A stretch of DNA of 64,000 bases from Gracilinanus agilis. Taxonomy: Eukaryota. Made by a program: the position numbers and the translations under genes. Under the pieces are notes generated by a model. That model was not told where the DNA came from. It did not search any database and worked only from the letters and a program-made list of their open reading frames with translations. Where the stretch lies: contig NC_058132.1 of NCBI RefSeq assembly GCF_016433145.1, forward strand, positions 388,631,499 to 388,695,498. Reading direction: 5' to 3'. Positions within the stretch are counted from its first letter, which is position 1. Each line of letters starts with the position of its first letter. Positions 37,907 through 51,130 of this stretch are shown in pieces.

Positions 37907-40900
37907 CACAAGTCCAATGAGAGTCTTAGACTTCATGGATTCTTTTCCATGTGTAGATCTTATAAATTCGAAAGCTCTCCCTAGTCTATGATACAGTGTT
38001 TCAATAGAGCAGAAACCATTTTTTCATTGGTTCTTATTGGCTTTTTGTTTATGATAAATAGGATTCCTGAGGACAAAGGCCATATCCAAAGTTATCTCTG
38101 TTTCCTTAACATCCCAGTCCTTAGGAGTGCTCTTTCCCCATTTCTTAAAGGTTATAAAGTGATACTATTTAGATTTACATTCCTTTGTACACTAGTGATG
38201 GCCTTTAATTGCCATTATACTTTTGCTAATTAAGGAGTAATGTCTTTTTAAAAAAATGTTTGTACCATGGAAAATAGCCTGCCATTTCTTATTGCTATAA
38301 ATTTTGGATTTCATATTTGAACTCTTTATCACTGTAGGTTACGTTGCATTTGGAACCTGGTAAAAGTAAGGAAGAACTGCAAAAAAAAAGGGGGGAGGGA
38401 GTGAACAAAATGTTTGTTCTTGAAGGTGCCAGATATCATCAGGAAGAGTAAGCAGCTACTTTAGCCTATAGACATATATGAATTAGCTTTGAACTGTAGA
38501 CTGATTCACAAAATAAATGCCTGGGCTACTGCATGTCTCCTTGAAGCTGGTTGTAGCTCTTAGCCTGAGCATACATATAATCCAAATGTGGTTTCTGGTG
38601 GGACCAACAATGGTGAGAGTATGACTATTCTGCAAAAGTTTTACTTCAACATTCATCATACTATGGGAGATAATCCTACATTGCTGAAGGGTTGTGGCAT
38701 TGAAAATTAAGTTCTGGTAGGTATGATCAAGTTGGAAAGACTTGGTCTTGGAAAAAGTATGATCCTGGCAACAGACTGTTTCTGCTGCCTATAGGCCAAA
38801 TTAGCTAAATAGGATCTTTGTAATGTATGTTATATGAGAACTAGACTGATTAAGTTGATCAAATTAAATGCTGATAGGAACATGGAGAAACACACTTAAT
38901 AATGCATTGCTAGAGGAACAGTGATTTTTTTTTAGAAAATATGTAGGAAATATAAATGTAGAGTTGTAAAAATGTTCATGTACAATAATGTAGGGATCCC
39001 ATTACTAGGATTAGACCTTAGGGACATTATTAAGGGGGAGAAAAATTGTGTGTGTGTGAAAATATTCATGGAAACTTTGTAATGATAAAATAATTGGAAA
39101 TTATACAAATGTAATGATTGAAGGAAATGGCTGAGAAGATTGTGATATTTGAATGTGAGGGCTGTATTATGCTATTTTAAATGACAGATATAAAGAAAAG
39201 GGAAATATAAGAAGAAATGAAAAGAGAGTAAGAATAACGCATACTGTGGTTACATGAAAAAAGTCACAAAGTCAGGAGGAAGAAAATATCAAGGTAAAAC
39301 AAATCCAAAGGGAGCTCAAAAGCAGAAGGTATTTATATTAGCATATGTGTATAATTAACATATTTTGAAGAAATTGTAACAAGTGGGGTTTATGGTTTTG
39401 TATGTCATTTTTTGCATTTATTTAAATATTTCTTGTTGATGTTTACTTAGTTTATAATAAAAATGTTAAAAAATTAAAATGTGTAAGACCAATGTAAAAT
39501 GTCTAGGGAACTAAAGGACAGCAACAAAATCTAAGGATAAATATCATCTGCAAATGATCTTTAGAAAAATTAATAAACAATAATTAATTAATGAACAATT
39601 AAAATAATTCAGAAGAAAATGAGTCCTAATACAAAAATGGCAAAGGCACATAAGCACTGTTCCCCTACTTTGATTTCTTAGTATTCTCTCAAAATGGATC
39701 TCTCATTCTAGGTTGATTAATGAATTATACAATTCAATGACCATTGTCAGTTACTCCATAAAACCTAGCTACTTTGGCTAGAATTGTTTCCATAGTCTTT
39801 GAGTTCATTGAGAATGTATACCAGTTATATCACTAATTGTAGGGATAGAGTCAAGTGAGTCTTGGGCTGGAAGGCTGAGGAGAAATGCGAAATGAGGAAG
39901 GCTTTTAAAGATGCTCCTGAACCAAGTAGTTGATTCAACAAGTGACTGATCAGAGAAGACATATCTCAATCTGTAACATACTACTAAGGAACTGTCTAAA
40001 GAAAGAGGTTCTTATAGAATTACAATATGTTAACAAATATTAATATAATCAGAGATAAAGACATAATTTGTCACACACAACAGAAATGCGCCAAAATAAG
40101 ATTACTATAATTTCTTTCAATCTCAATTTTCTCAACTGTTTAAATAATGATTTCAGACCCCAGTGCCTTTTTTTGTCACTTGCCATTCAGTACATGCCTA
40201 AAGAATAAAGTCTTTTTATTTTATAACAAATGTATACTTGAAGTTAGAAAACATTCCCTTTTCATTTTTTTTTGTTGTTCTACATGTTTTCATATTGTTA
40301 AGTATAAGAAGTATTTCTTTGACCCTCTCTGCATTTTCAAAACCTTTCAATTTTTAAAAATTCCCATTTAGTTTTCTATGTACTTACAAATTTCCACTTT
40401 ACTATCACAAATGTAAATAAACATTCCAATGGCAAGCTAGATGAAATATGTCCAAATGGGAAAAGTTATCTTGGGTATACTCACTCACAATCTTCTGGGA
40501 TCTTTATACCTGGGAAAAATGACCTTTTAAAAAAATACTTTCCCTAAATTTCTTATTTGCCTAGTGGCTATTTTAAAATGAAAATCAATATTTAAATACT
40601 TTGCTTCCTGTTTAAAGGGAGGTCGAGATGTGGCAGAAACAAAAATACACAGAGGAATCCTCTTATGACAGTGGTGATAAGTTTTTTATTGTTATATTTG
40701 CAATTTCATTTTCAATATAGTAGATTATTTATATCAAACTACTTTTCATGAAATAAGTTTCTGATTAAAAGAAGTCTAATTGAGTAAGATTATTCAGAAT
40801 GACATATTCAGAAATACTTCCTTTACTGTAAATGAGTAATTCCTAATTCTATTTAGTGTTCTAATTTAGGGATATTTTAAAAAAGATCTATGCAATTGAA

Positions 40901-41179
40901 TATCCAAAGAACACATTACTCTCATACCACTAGAGCCCTTCCCTTCAGCTGACACAAAACTTATTGCAAACTCATTGCTATTCAGTCCTTTCTGACAACC
41001 CACTCATCCATACCTCCAAAGATCCATTCACAAAAATTATCAACAGCCATGCTTCCATTTTTCCATTCCTATTTGCTCCCCCCACCCTCCACTTAACACT
41101 CAAGAATACACTAAAGCTATAGTATGGATAGAGTTGACTTTTTTCGTATTACTCAAACAAAAACTGCTGGGGAAAGTGG

Positions 41180-43500
41180 AAAATGGTATGTCAGAGACTG
41201 GGGATAGATCAGCCTTTCACACCATATACCAAGATAAGTTCAAAATGGGTGCATGAGTTAGACATAGCAAACTGACAGAGCATGGAATAGTTTATGGGTC
41301 AGATCTATAAATAAGGGAAGAACTTATTACCAAACAAGAGATAGAGACAATTATAATATGTAAAATGGACAATCTTGATTATGTTAAAAATAGTTTTTGT
41401 ACAAACAAAATCAATGAAATCAAAGAAAAAAGAAAGCTGAGGGAAGGGAGAATTTACATAATCTCTGACTAAAAAATAAGCATCAGAACCAGATAGATTC
41501 AAAAGTTAATTATACCAAAAATTTAAAGATCAACTAATTCCAATGCTAAATAAATATTTGAAATAGGTAAAGTGTTTTGCCAAATTCCTTTTATTTAAAA
41601 ATATGGTACTCATACCTAAACCAGGAAGAACAAAAATAAAGAAAATTCTAGACAAATTTCATTAATAAATGTGAATACAAAATAAGTAACTAAGTAAAAT
41701 ACTAGCTAGGAAACTGCAACAATACATCACAAAGATTATACATTGTGAGAAAACAGGATACATATCAGAAATGCAAAGTATGATTTTATATAAAGAAAGC
41801 TATCAACATTATATTAATAACAAAAGTAATAAAAACCATATGATTTTATCAATAGATGCCAAAAAAGCCTTTGAAAAATACAATTCACATTCCTGTTAAA
41901 GATACTGGAAAGCATAGGAATTAAATGGATCTTTCCTTAAAATAATAAGAGTGTCAATCTAAAACCATCAGCAAGTATAATCTGCAATGGGGATAAGTGT
42001 CTTTCTATTAACATCATGGGTGAAACTAGGATGCTGACTGTAGCAATATTATTCAACATAGTAGTAGAAAAGCTAGCAATATCAGTAATAGAAGAAAAAG
42101 GAATCAGAACGAGCAAAGAGATAGTAAAACTATATCTCTTTACCCAGATAGTTTGATGGTATATATGGAAAATCCCAGAAATTCAACTAAAAGTTGGTTG
42201 AAACTACCAATATTAGTAAAGCATCAGGATATGAAATAAACCACATGAATCATCCTCATTTATATATACATATTTGAATATATGTATATGTATATTGCTA
42301 GCAAAGTCCTGGCAAGAAGAGATAGAAAGAGATACTCCATTTAAAATAAACACAGATAGAATAAAATACCTGAGAGTTTACTTGCTAGAATAAACCCAGA
42401 AACTACATGAACTTAATTATATTTTTTGCAAAAATAAAATCACATCTAAATAATTGGATAAATGTTCATTGTCCATGGATAGTCAGAGATAATATACATT
42501 AAATGACAATCCTCCTTAATCTATTTATTCAATGTCATCCCAATCAAATTGCCAAAAATTATCTTATTGAGCTGGAAAAAAGTATAACAAAATTCATTTG
42601 GAAGCACAAAAGATTAAGAATATCAAAGGAATTAATGATGAAATCTAAAGGAAAGATGTGTAGCAGTATCACATTTTAAACTGTATTATAAAGCAGTAAT
42701 TATCAGAACTATCTGATGCTGCCTTAGAAAGGTAAATCAGTAGAACAGAGCAGACATACAACAAACAATAGTAAAAGAGATTGCAAACTTACATTTAACA
42801 AAAGTACAGATCTAGGCTTTTGGGATCATAAATCATTATGTAGTAAAACTTGTTGGGTCAACTGGAAAGTAGTTTGATAGGATCTAAGTATAGACCAAAA
42901 TCTTTACAAAATTCACCAAGATCAAAATGGTTCATTTCTCAGTTATATAAAGAACTGAGTCAAATTTACAAAAATATAAGTCCCTCTCCAATTGGCAGTT
43001 TGCAGACAAAGAAATCAAAACTATGTATAGTCATATGAAAAAAATTCTCCAAATCACTTTTGATTGGAGAGATGCATATTAAAACACCTCTGAAGTATTA
43101 CCTCTTACCTATCATCTTGGCCAATATGACAGAAAAGGAAAATTATGAATATTAGAAGGGATGTGGGTAATTAGGACACTAATGCACTGTTGGCAGAGTT
43201 GTGATCTGATCCTACCATTCTGGGGAATAATTTGGAGTTTTGCCCACAGGTCTCTGAAACTGCAGAGCCTTTGATACACCAATAGCACTGGATCCAAATC
43301 CCAAAGTGGTCCAAACAAAGGAAAAAGAACCTATTTATACAAAAATATTTATTGAAGCTCTTTTGTGGTAGCAAAGAATTAGAAATTAAGGGAATGTCCA
43401 TCCACTGGATCATGGCTGAACAAGTCGTAGTATATGATTGCAATGGAATAGTGAGTTTTATCAAATGACAAACAATATGATGTTAGAAAAATTCTCAAGA
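41180..43500 (+). mobile_element. Old L1 ORF2 (RT) to 3' end, rearranged
   Basis: atagatgccaaaaaagcctttgaaaaa (IDAKKAFEK) at about 41850; 41180-41460 is a more 3' ORF2 piece placed before the RT piece. Confidence 0.8.
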
Positions 43501-44300
43501 TTCATATGGACCATGATGCTTTGAAGTGTCTATTGGCATCCTCTGGATTTATATATTAGGTCATCTATTTCCAATATTTTTGGTTAAGTTTTCTTATTGA
43601 TTTGTTGAGTTATGGTGCCTCCATTTCCTATCCCTTAATGCTCTTTTGCATTGAAACCAATATACAGTATTGATTCCAAGACAGAAAGTAAGGGTTTAAT
43701 AAAGAAATTCTAGTCATGTCCAGAATTCTACTTTTATAGCATATTCTATTATTGCTGTGTTTTTTATTTAGTTTAATTTCCTTCTAGAAATTTTTGCATG
43801 AATTCTGTCTCTTTTTTTGGAGAAATTACTATTTGGAGAGTATCCTTGTCCCTTGAGCTAAATTCTTCATTCTCTTTTTTCAACTCACTTATTCCTTTAG
43901 ACATCTCATTTTCATCTTTACTTCTTTAACATCTTCATTAACTTATGCTATTAATCATCTGAATCATTCTGGATCTTCTTGGGAATGCTGTGCTGTCATT
44001 TCTGAGGTAACCTCTTATTCTCTGTAGTTTTTGACTCAGTTTCACTTGCTCTTACATACTTAAAAGTTGTAATAACTCCTTTAATAGATTGTTTGCTCAC
44101 TGTTCATTATTGGATTCAATCTTTCTTGTTCTCTTCACAGTTCTTTCTATGGTGCAATTATTATTAATAATGGTTGAAATTATTCCTTTTGCCATAAATC
44201 CTTTCCCTTCTATTCTATCCATCTTTCAGATGAATGCTGCTATGCTCCTCTCTTCAAATTTTCTTTTTTTTATTCTCTATTTCTAAGCCTTTGTATTTAA
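43500..44300 (-). mobile_element. Old L1 ORF1-like fragment
   Basis: Minus strand is coiled-coil-like and A-rich, with gagcattaagggataggaaatggagg...aatataaatccagagg resembling the ORF1 RRM start. Confidence 0.5.
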
Positions 44301-44329
44301 GCAAGATCTGTGGCCATCAAAGATTAATT

Positions 44330-46320
44330 ATCTAAGTCAGGTCTCTGCCACAAAGATGCTAAGAGAAATTCAGCTAAAACAGCTAAGGCTGATCACTCTT
44401 TGGGGTGGAAAAATTGAAAAACATTCACCCCACTCTTTTTAAGACCATGCAGAGATGAAGGAATATCCAGTAAATTTGCTTGAGAAGGATATTTCATTCC
44501 CTTAACATAGGGCTGACATTTGGGATCCAGAGACAAAAAATTAGCAAAACATGTAAGTAGCTAACATGTATCGACCAAAGTGATAAATGGAATATTCCCC
44601 TTAATGTGAGAGAAGATGCTTATAAATATGACTTTCCATTTTTTGACAGAATTGATTGTGCCATTGACAGTAGGTCATACACCAAAAGGTGTATGATTTG
44701 ATGTCGTTTAAGCACCACAGAACTTCTCTATTTGTATGGTGTGGAGCCAGTTTTGGAAGCAAGATGGAGCCTCTTTTTAGTGGTCAGACATCAGTGCAGA
44801 CTCAGCATGGTGGTCAGAGATTATTAGAGCCTCAGCCTGGTGGCTTGTGCCTAACACAGGCATGACTTGGATTTATTTGGTGGGACTGCTATGCCTGATC
44901 ATACAGACTAGCTGGAAGTGTGCTCTGAGGTTTTTTGCAAATCTAGATTTTTTTCCCCCAGTAATTTAGATCAGGGAGATTGTTGCCTAATACCATTAAA
45001 ATCTAATGTAGGACTGAGTTGTGCTGAGACATGAGCATATATACGCAGTAAGCCAATGATCAGGGACAGGTAGAGTTATGGAGAGTGGAAGTGTGGCCCA
45101 GGAACAAAGGCCTGGTACAACCAAGTCTTGTTATTAAGGAAGGGCACAGGTGGGCTTAAAAGACAGAGCTCCAGGTAGCCTTTTTGATGGTCCAGGGCCA
45201 ATGGAGGTATTGTCCAGGGATCTGAATTCCATAGTTTAATCTTTAAGACACAGCTATGATGAGGTCCAGAAAACCAGGCCTCTGTACAGGACAGACGGTG
45301 CTTAATGATAGGTATCCAGCAGAGTGACGGACTAGTGGTCGAACTCCGAAATGAACTTCATTCCATTGCTCAGACCTAACCTTTCCAGTGGGACTGGCTT
45401 CCAAGGCTTCTTGCAGGCTCAGTCTCCTCATCTGTGTGGGCTAGCAGTCAGGGTCTATCACAACATCAGGGAGGTGCTGTGGACCTGTATTGGCTTTAGC
45501 CCAGCAGTTGTGTCACAGTGGATTTTTGTCCTAGTATCCAAGCCTAGGTGTCAGCACTCGAGGTCTTAATACTGACAATGGACTTATGACCTGGTTACTT
45601 AGAACAGGTATAACCTCAGTTTAATGGTTAAGGGTTAGTGCCAAGTGCAATGAAAACAATGGCTCTTAACTGTCCCTCACATTGTAACCAGGACCTTGCC
45701 TCTTAGAGCTTACTTTATCTGGCTAGTAACTCTGAAAAGCAGTAAGATGGTTTGGACCCAGATTTCTATTTCTTTGGCCCATTCTCTCGGGTATGGCCTT
45801 TGTCTTAACCTGGTTTGGGGAACATGGTGATGGCACAGCTGTGACTGTCAATCCACATTTGAGGCAGAAAAAATGGTTGCCAGAAGACAGAATGTGATCC
45901 CTCCCAAGATTTAACCTTGACACATTCCCCCAGATTGAATGTTTTCAAATCAGGGCACAAGATAAACGGAAGAGCTTGGTGAAATCACTGTGTGACTGTA
46001 ACCCAGGGCCAGAGGTTGCTGCACTGCTACAAACAGGCAGCTGGAGGCTTGGCCCAGTATCTCTCACCTGATGAAATAAACTTTAGTCTGGTGATTTGGT
46101 CTTCTTAGGCCAGCAGTGACCCCACTCTGGGATTAAGGGGGTGTTAAGGAGTTGTTTACAGTTGAGTCTTATAGTCTTCACATAAAATAGCTTTAGCCTT
46201 GACATGAGAACAATGCCTGGAGAGGTAAGCCTGAGGCATCTGCCTGGTATTTGTGTGGCAGAGATGTTTCAGCAGTAATCTTTTTATTCAAGTAAGTCAT
46301 AATCCATTTTTTATACTTTG
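44330..46320 (-). mobile_element. Decayed ERV internal fragment: integrase C-terminus followed by probable env-like region
   Basis: Minus frame HQALPFILCPDLKTFNLGECVKVKSW...WQPF...QMWIDSHS (45840-45970) matches the class I IN tail pattern FQPGDxVxVKxW...WxGP...WIHxS; downstream 1.4 kb has partly open frames but no clear env motif. Confidence 0.5.
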
Positions 46321-47039
46321 TCTTAATCCTGGTCAGTCAGAGTTAAGAAGGTTCCAGTCCTATTTTTGATACATATTTGTGGTGGGAATCCAGGTAAGTC
46401 ATTCAATGACTAATTTAATGTCATTTAATCTCTCAGTGCCCCAAGGAACTCTCTAAGAGTGGAAATTGCAGAAGAGGTACCAAGCTGCATTGGTAAAAGG
46501 AGTTGCCTTGCTGTGAGCTTAGTACACAAATTAAAAGCCAAAGCCCAGGCAAAAAAGTTGTCTGGGAGTATACACTACCCAGTGGAAGCCAGATGTCAAA
46601 ATAATAGTGAGAGAACAAAGTGATTTGGTAAGGAAGAGCTTCCACTGAAAAGGACCGGTATCAATCCTAACTTGACCTGGTAACAAAAGCCTTTAAGAAG
46701 GACCTGGACCAAGGTTGCTGCTGAAGAAGAGACCACAAGATCCAAAAAATTATTGTACATTCCAGAAGAATGGAAAAAACAACTCCATTGTTGCCTTTAG
46801 GAATAGGGAGAAGGGTTTGAACAAAATGATACCTGACACTGACCAAGCACCTGAGGAGGAGGAAGAACATGAATCTGGTAAGTTTGGGGTAAGCATTTCA
46901 CATGGAAAAACTTGAGGTCAAAGAAACTGAGCTATGGAGTTGTGTCAATAGATAATCCTCAGGTGGTACTTTATTCCCCTTAAAGGTAAATGATAGGATC
47001 AATTCTAATTTAAAAGAGATCTCCACTATTTTAGAGATT

Positions 47040-47780
47040 ACTAATCACAGAGAAATGCATTTTCCCACAGGAGCAAAGATGATCTTTATTAACTCCTGAG
47101 ATTCTGAGGTCTTCATAATCTTCCTTCTCCACCAACCATACCTGCCAACCCCATTTCTTGTCCACTGTAGGAGGCTGGGTACTTTAAGCTATCATCAAGA
47201 ACAGCAGCATCTGACCCAGGGGCCAGACAGCTTCTGGGTACAGCTTCAAAGCATCAGAGTTGGGAAGTGCCCTCAAGACTTTCTCTTACTCTGCACCTAG
47301 GAACATCAACCTGTGTTTCAAGATTTATTTAACATCAAGTACTTATGCAAGATCTTAGGGTTTCCTTTCACCCACCTTCCAATTCCTTTTACCTACCCTC
47401 AGTTTGGTTTAAATAAACCCTGTTTTAAACCCTAAAGCCTAAATGTACTTGAAGCCATTGCTTACCTTACCAACAACAATTAGTCTTTAGCAGTCAGATC
47501 TGGTTAACATCACTAGCTGGCCTAGCCTTTCAAGCCAGGTTTATCCATCATCAATTTAAGATTTCAGGAAGTCTCAATCTATTGCCTGGAAACATTTCAG
47601 CTGGCTAGCTGGATTGGTTCTAAGGCCCTGGGCTTTGCCAGAGAATCTTGGGCTTAAAGGAGATCCAACCCTGTTGGTGTGGGAGCTAATCTAAACTCAC
47701 ATTCAGCCATGTTTAAGGTCTCTCACCCTATTTATATTCTATCATCAGCATCTGCCTAGGCCCCCCTGGTTGCTCATAAC
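47040..47780 (+). mobile_element. Probable 5' LTR of the remnant at 47.8-49.5 kb (left boundary uncertain)
   Basis: Ends ...GCTCATAACA at 47780, the same terminus as the LTR at 1012; followed by gtt-TGGAGAGCACAGC, a weak PBS-like sequence; gag-like frame follows. Confidence 0.4.
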
Positions 47781-47867
47781 AGTTTGGAGAGCACAGCATA
47801 GGTCAAGAACCTCCATTGTTTTTTTGTTTTTATTTTATTTTATTTTTTGCCAATTAACATCTATAGC

Positions 47868-48810
47868 AATGGCCTTAACAAGAATGACATTTATTGTGAG
47901 CAGCTTCTGCTTGCTTCTTTGGATGATTTCACAGGGAGCCTATCAGTTCTGGTTTTCGACAATTCCACAGTATCTGCTCAGGATGCTTGTAATTTATGAT
48001 TCATATAAATGGCTTGTGGTGACACTAGCCGAGTTTATAGCTTATCTCCCAACTATGGCTGCTATTGTGCTCTCCATTTTTCAAGGTCTCTGGGCTTTAA
48101 GAAGGGTATGTGAGCATCTGTAGGGAATGGTCAAGCCTACTAACAATGATTCCTTGGTCCAGGCTTTAAAAGAACAAATCAAATTACTAGTTGAGGCTAA
48201 TAACGAGATTCGTGAGGGAAAGCAATTGGATGAACATACCATTCTCCAATTGGAGATTATTGAAAACAACCAAATGGGCACAGGCACAAGTTCAAGACCT
48301 AGTAAAACGGAGGACAAGGCTACTAAGATGGAGACTACCATCTCTGTTCTCCAGATTGTGGAGCAAACCATTGTTCAGCCAGAGGGGGGTATATTGCATG
48401 TCAAATCTTATAAAGCCTTCACCCCTAATGATCTTGAGGTCCTCAGGCACTGTGAAGGGTGCACTTCTGCTAATTCAACTATTTCAGGCAGAGTTGTCCT
48501 CAATGGGAAACTCTATCTCTTGAGGACTTAAGACAACATGCCTTGTATATTCATGACTCAAAGGCCAAAGACCTTAAAGCTGTTAGTCAGTCAGAAACAG
48601 ACAAGGATACAGTAATTACAGACCTTAAGAAGCAGTTAAAACAAGCTAAAAAGGACAAAGAAATTGAGATCAAGAACTTTTCACTCCAGACCAGTAGGGG
48701 GCGCAGTCAGACTAGACAGCCTAGCACCTTTAGGAACAAGAACAATTTGAAAAAGATGCTTCCTTTGTGGGTCTTTTGGTCATTTGTTACAGCCATGTCA
48801 CTATAAACAA
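47868..48810 (+). pseudogene. gag: gag-like gene of an LTR retroelement with hydrophobic N-terminus and CCHC knuckle
   Basis: ORFs 47770-48123 and 48127-48531 are in one frame separated by a single TAG; capsid-start-like SYKAFTPNDL; coiled coil DLKKQLKQAKK; CFLCGSFGHLLQPC (CX2CX4HX4C) at 48757-48798. Confidence 0.7.
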
Positions 48811-49520
48811 CAAACTTCAGGAAGGGCAATTAACACCAGCTCAGACCAAAGGGATAGCAATACTAGGAAGACCTATTATAATTCTAGATGGTCTAGCAGA
48901 TCTGGCACGGCAGAAGACATCAAACATGGTGACCAGTGCTGTGATCATTCATGCAAGAAGTATAGCCAGTCACCATCCCTTGCCCAGATGGAGCAGTATT
49001 TGAAAGAAGGTGCAATCCCAAAGCACTTATGAAGTGAGGCCTTATTATTGACTGACAATGCCAATAATGGAGTTTCCTATGTGGATAGAGGCAGTATGGA
49101 TGTTTCTGAAAGACTGGGCAAAGAAGAGCATATGTCTATTGCAAGCTGCACAGAAAACAATGACATTACTGTTGCAGAAGATCAAGAATGGGTAGACATA
49201 ATGCAAATGTGACAAGAGATTTTTGGGACAATAAGTGATGACTATAAAAGGGGTCAGCTTACATATTCCACCTCAATAGGACTGGCTGTGAAGCAAAAGA
49301 ACTGCACAAGAATTTGCAATGGCTTGCTTACAGAAGCATTGCAATCCTGTTTGAAGTCATCAAAATCTCAAACTCCTGTCTTTATTCGAAGTTCAAATCA
49401 ACTGGATAGTTTGGATAAAGATGAAGGTACAGGGGATTTACAATGTATTCACAAAGGAATATCATCTGTAACCCAAGAGGATTGTGTCCCAAAGTGCTAC
49501 ACCATTCTCTTGCTTTAGAC
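48810..49520 (+). pseudogene. pol: pol remnant (RT connection/RNase H-like); protease and RT core absent
   Basis: ILGRPIIILDGLADLARQKTSNMVTSA resembles MLV-type connection [33 protein letters not shown]...GQRRAY (across a frameshift) resembles RNase H YTDGSS...GQRKAG. Confidence 0.45.
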
Positions 49521-49859
49521 ATCTAAACTGCTATAAAAACCCAATCCACACAAAGAGGCTGAAGCTGCTACCAACCCAATCAATCTTCTTTAGTTCACTA
49601 ATCAATTTCTTTTCCTTCCAAGTTGGCTATTCATTCCATTTAACTTCTCTCTTCTTGTAAGTGATGGAGAGAGATTTGTGTCTGGCCTCTCAAGGAACCC
49701 AGCTTGGGAAACTCTATGCTAGTTTAGATATTTCTCTCAACTTGAAATGCTTAGATCTAGAATAATGTTAGATAAAATTAAATTGTTTCTGGGAGATAGG
49801 TGTTTGATGAAGAATGCAATTATTTATGTATTTGTTTCAAAAGAAACAAATGAATTATC

Positions 49860-51130
49860 ATGAAACTAGGGTTAAGAAACATTATAGACCACTAATATTA
49901 GAGAAACACAAACCAAAACAATTCTGAAATATCATCTCACATTCAGACTGGCTAAAATGATCAAAGGACCAAGTGATAATTCTTGGAAAGTATGTGGAAA
50001 AATGTGAACATGAGTGCACTATTGGTGGAACTGTAAACTGAACCAACCTTTTTGGAGAGCAATTTGGAATCCTTTCAGAGAGTTATGAAACTGTATGGCC
50101 TTTGACACTGGGTTTGTTCCTCAAGTGTAAGAAATAAAGAAATTTCTGAGCCATCATTCTGAGCTGAAGGTCCATCTTTAATTTTGGAAATTAAAACTAG
50201 AAGTCTCACCATGTCCAACCTGTGTCAAAGACGCTCTTTCGAAGTTCAACAGTGTATTTTATAGGGTTTTGACAGTTAATTAACATAAGTGATTAACAAG
50301 ATACGATGTTTGAGAATGTTAAAAATTTTTATAATGCTCGGTAGAATGTAACATTTGGTAAGAAGTAATAAGTTGTACCCTAAGGTCAAAGTAATGTATC
50401 TTGCTGTAAATACTCTTGGGAGCCTATAGTGAGTGTAAATCTTCACAGGATCAAAGGGCACCTGTACATTCCAAGACTGTTTTCCTGTGATCTTGTTAGG
50501 CCAGCTGTGCACACACTGTTCCAAATGAGCACAGCGTATTTCCTAATGCATGAATTTCTGCTTCCCCAAATTACTACATAGACCTGAAGTTTTAATTCCT
50601 CAAACAGAACTCTTAATAGTTATAATATTCCAATACACCAAATGATATCCTTTCTAATACTATGGTTAATATTCTATTATTATTATTATTATTGATATGA
50701 TACATAGTTTACTAACTAAAAATCACAGTTACAGTTATCTCTAAAAGTTTGCATGTGATCACTTGGTTTATGATCAATAAGATAAAAACAATAATGATTA
50801 TTTCCTTTTCATAAGAATATCTGGGAAAGAGTAAAAGAGTCCATTTGTTCCAAAAAGTTTTTGGCAGCTCTCTTTATGATGAAAAAGAACTAGAGACTGA
50901 GGGAATGTCCATAAAATGGGGAATGGCTAAACAAATGGTGGCATATGAATGGAATGGAACACTTTCATGTCATTAAAAAGGAAGAACAGACTGATTTAAA
51001 ACAAAAACTTGGAAATAAATATACAAGATAATGAACTGTGAAATGATTAGAACTAGGAGAATATTATATACAGTCACAGAACAAAAATGGCAAAATAAAC
51101 TGAGAATATTCAATAAAGTGAAAAGAAAAA
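49860..51130 (+). mobile_element. Old L1 3' fragment split by an about 0.7-kb unrelated segment
   Basis: 49.9-50.12 kb and 50.83-51.1 kb are collinear L1 ORF2-end pieces (ggagagcaatttggaa...; gggaatggctaaacaaatgg). Confidence 0.65.

Noticed and set aside
44400-45100. Non-retroviral endogenous viral element (bornavirus, filovirus, parvovirus)
   Set aside because: Semi-open frames showed no motif I could match to remembered N/NP, G, VP35 or NS1 sequences; position downstream of an IN tail favours a retroviral origin. A TBLASTN would be decisive
45240-45430. ERV-L-type RT start on the minus strand (STVCPVQRPG)
   Set aside because: Match is short and lies downstream of the integrase C-terminus, the wrong order for RT
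49520-49800. 3' LTR of the 47.8-49.5 kb element
   Set aside because: Has a TATA-like motif but no visible similarity to 47040-47780
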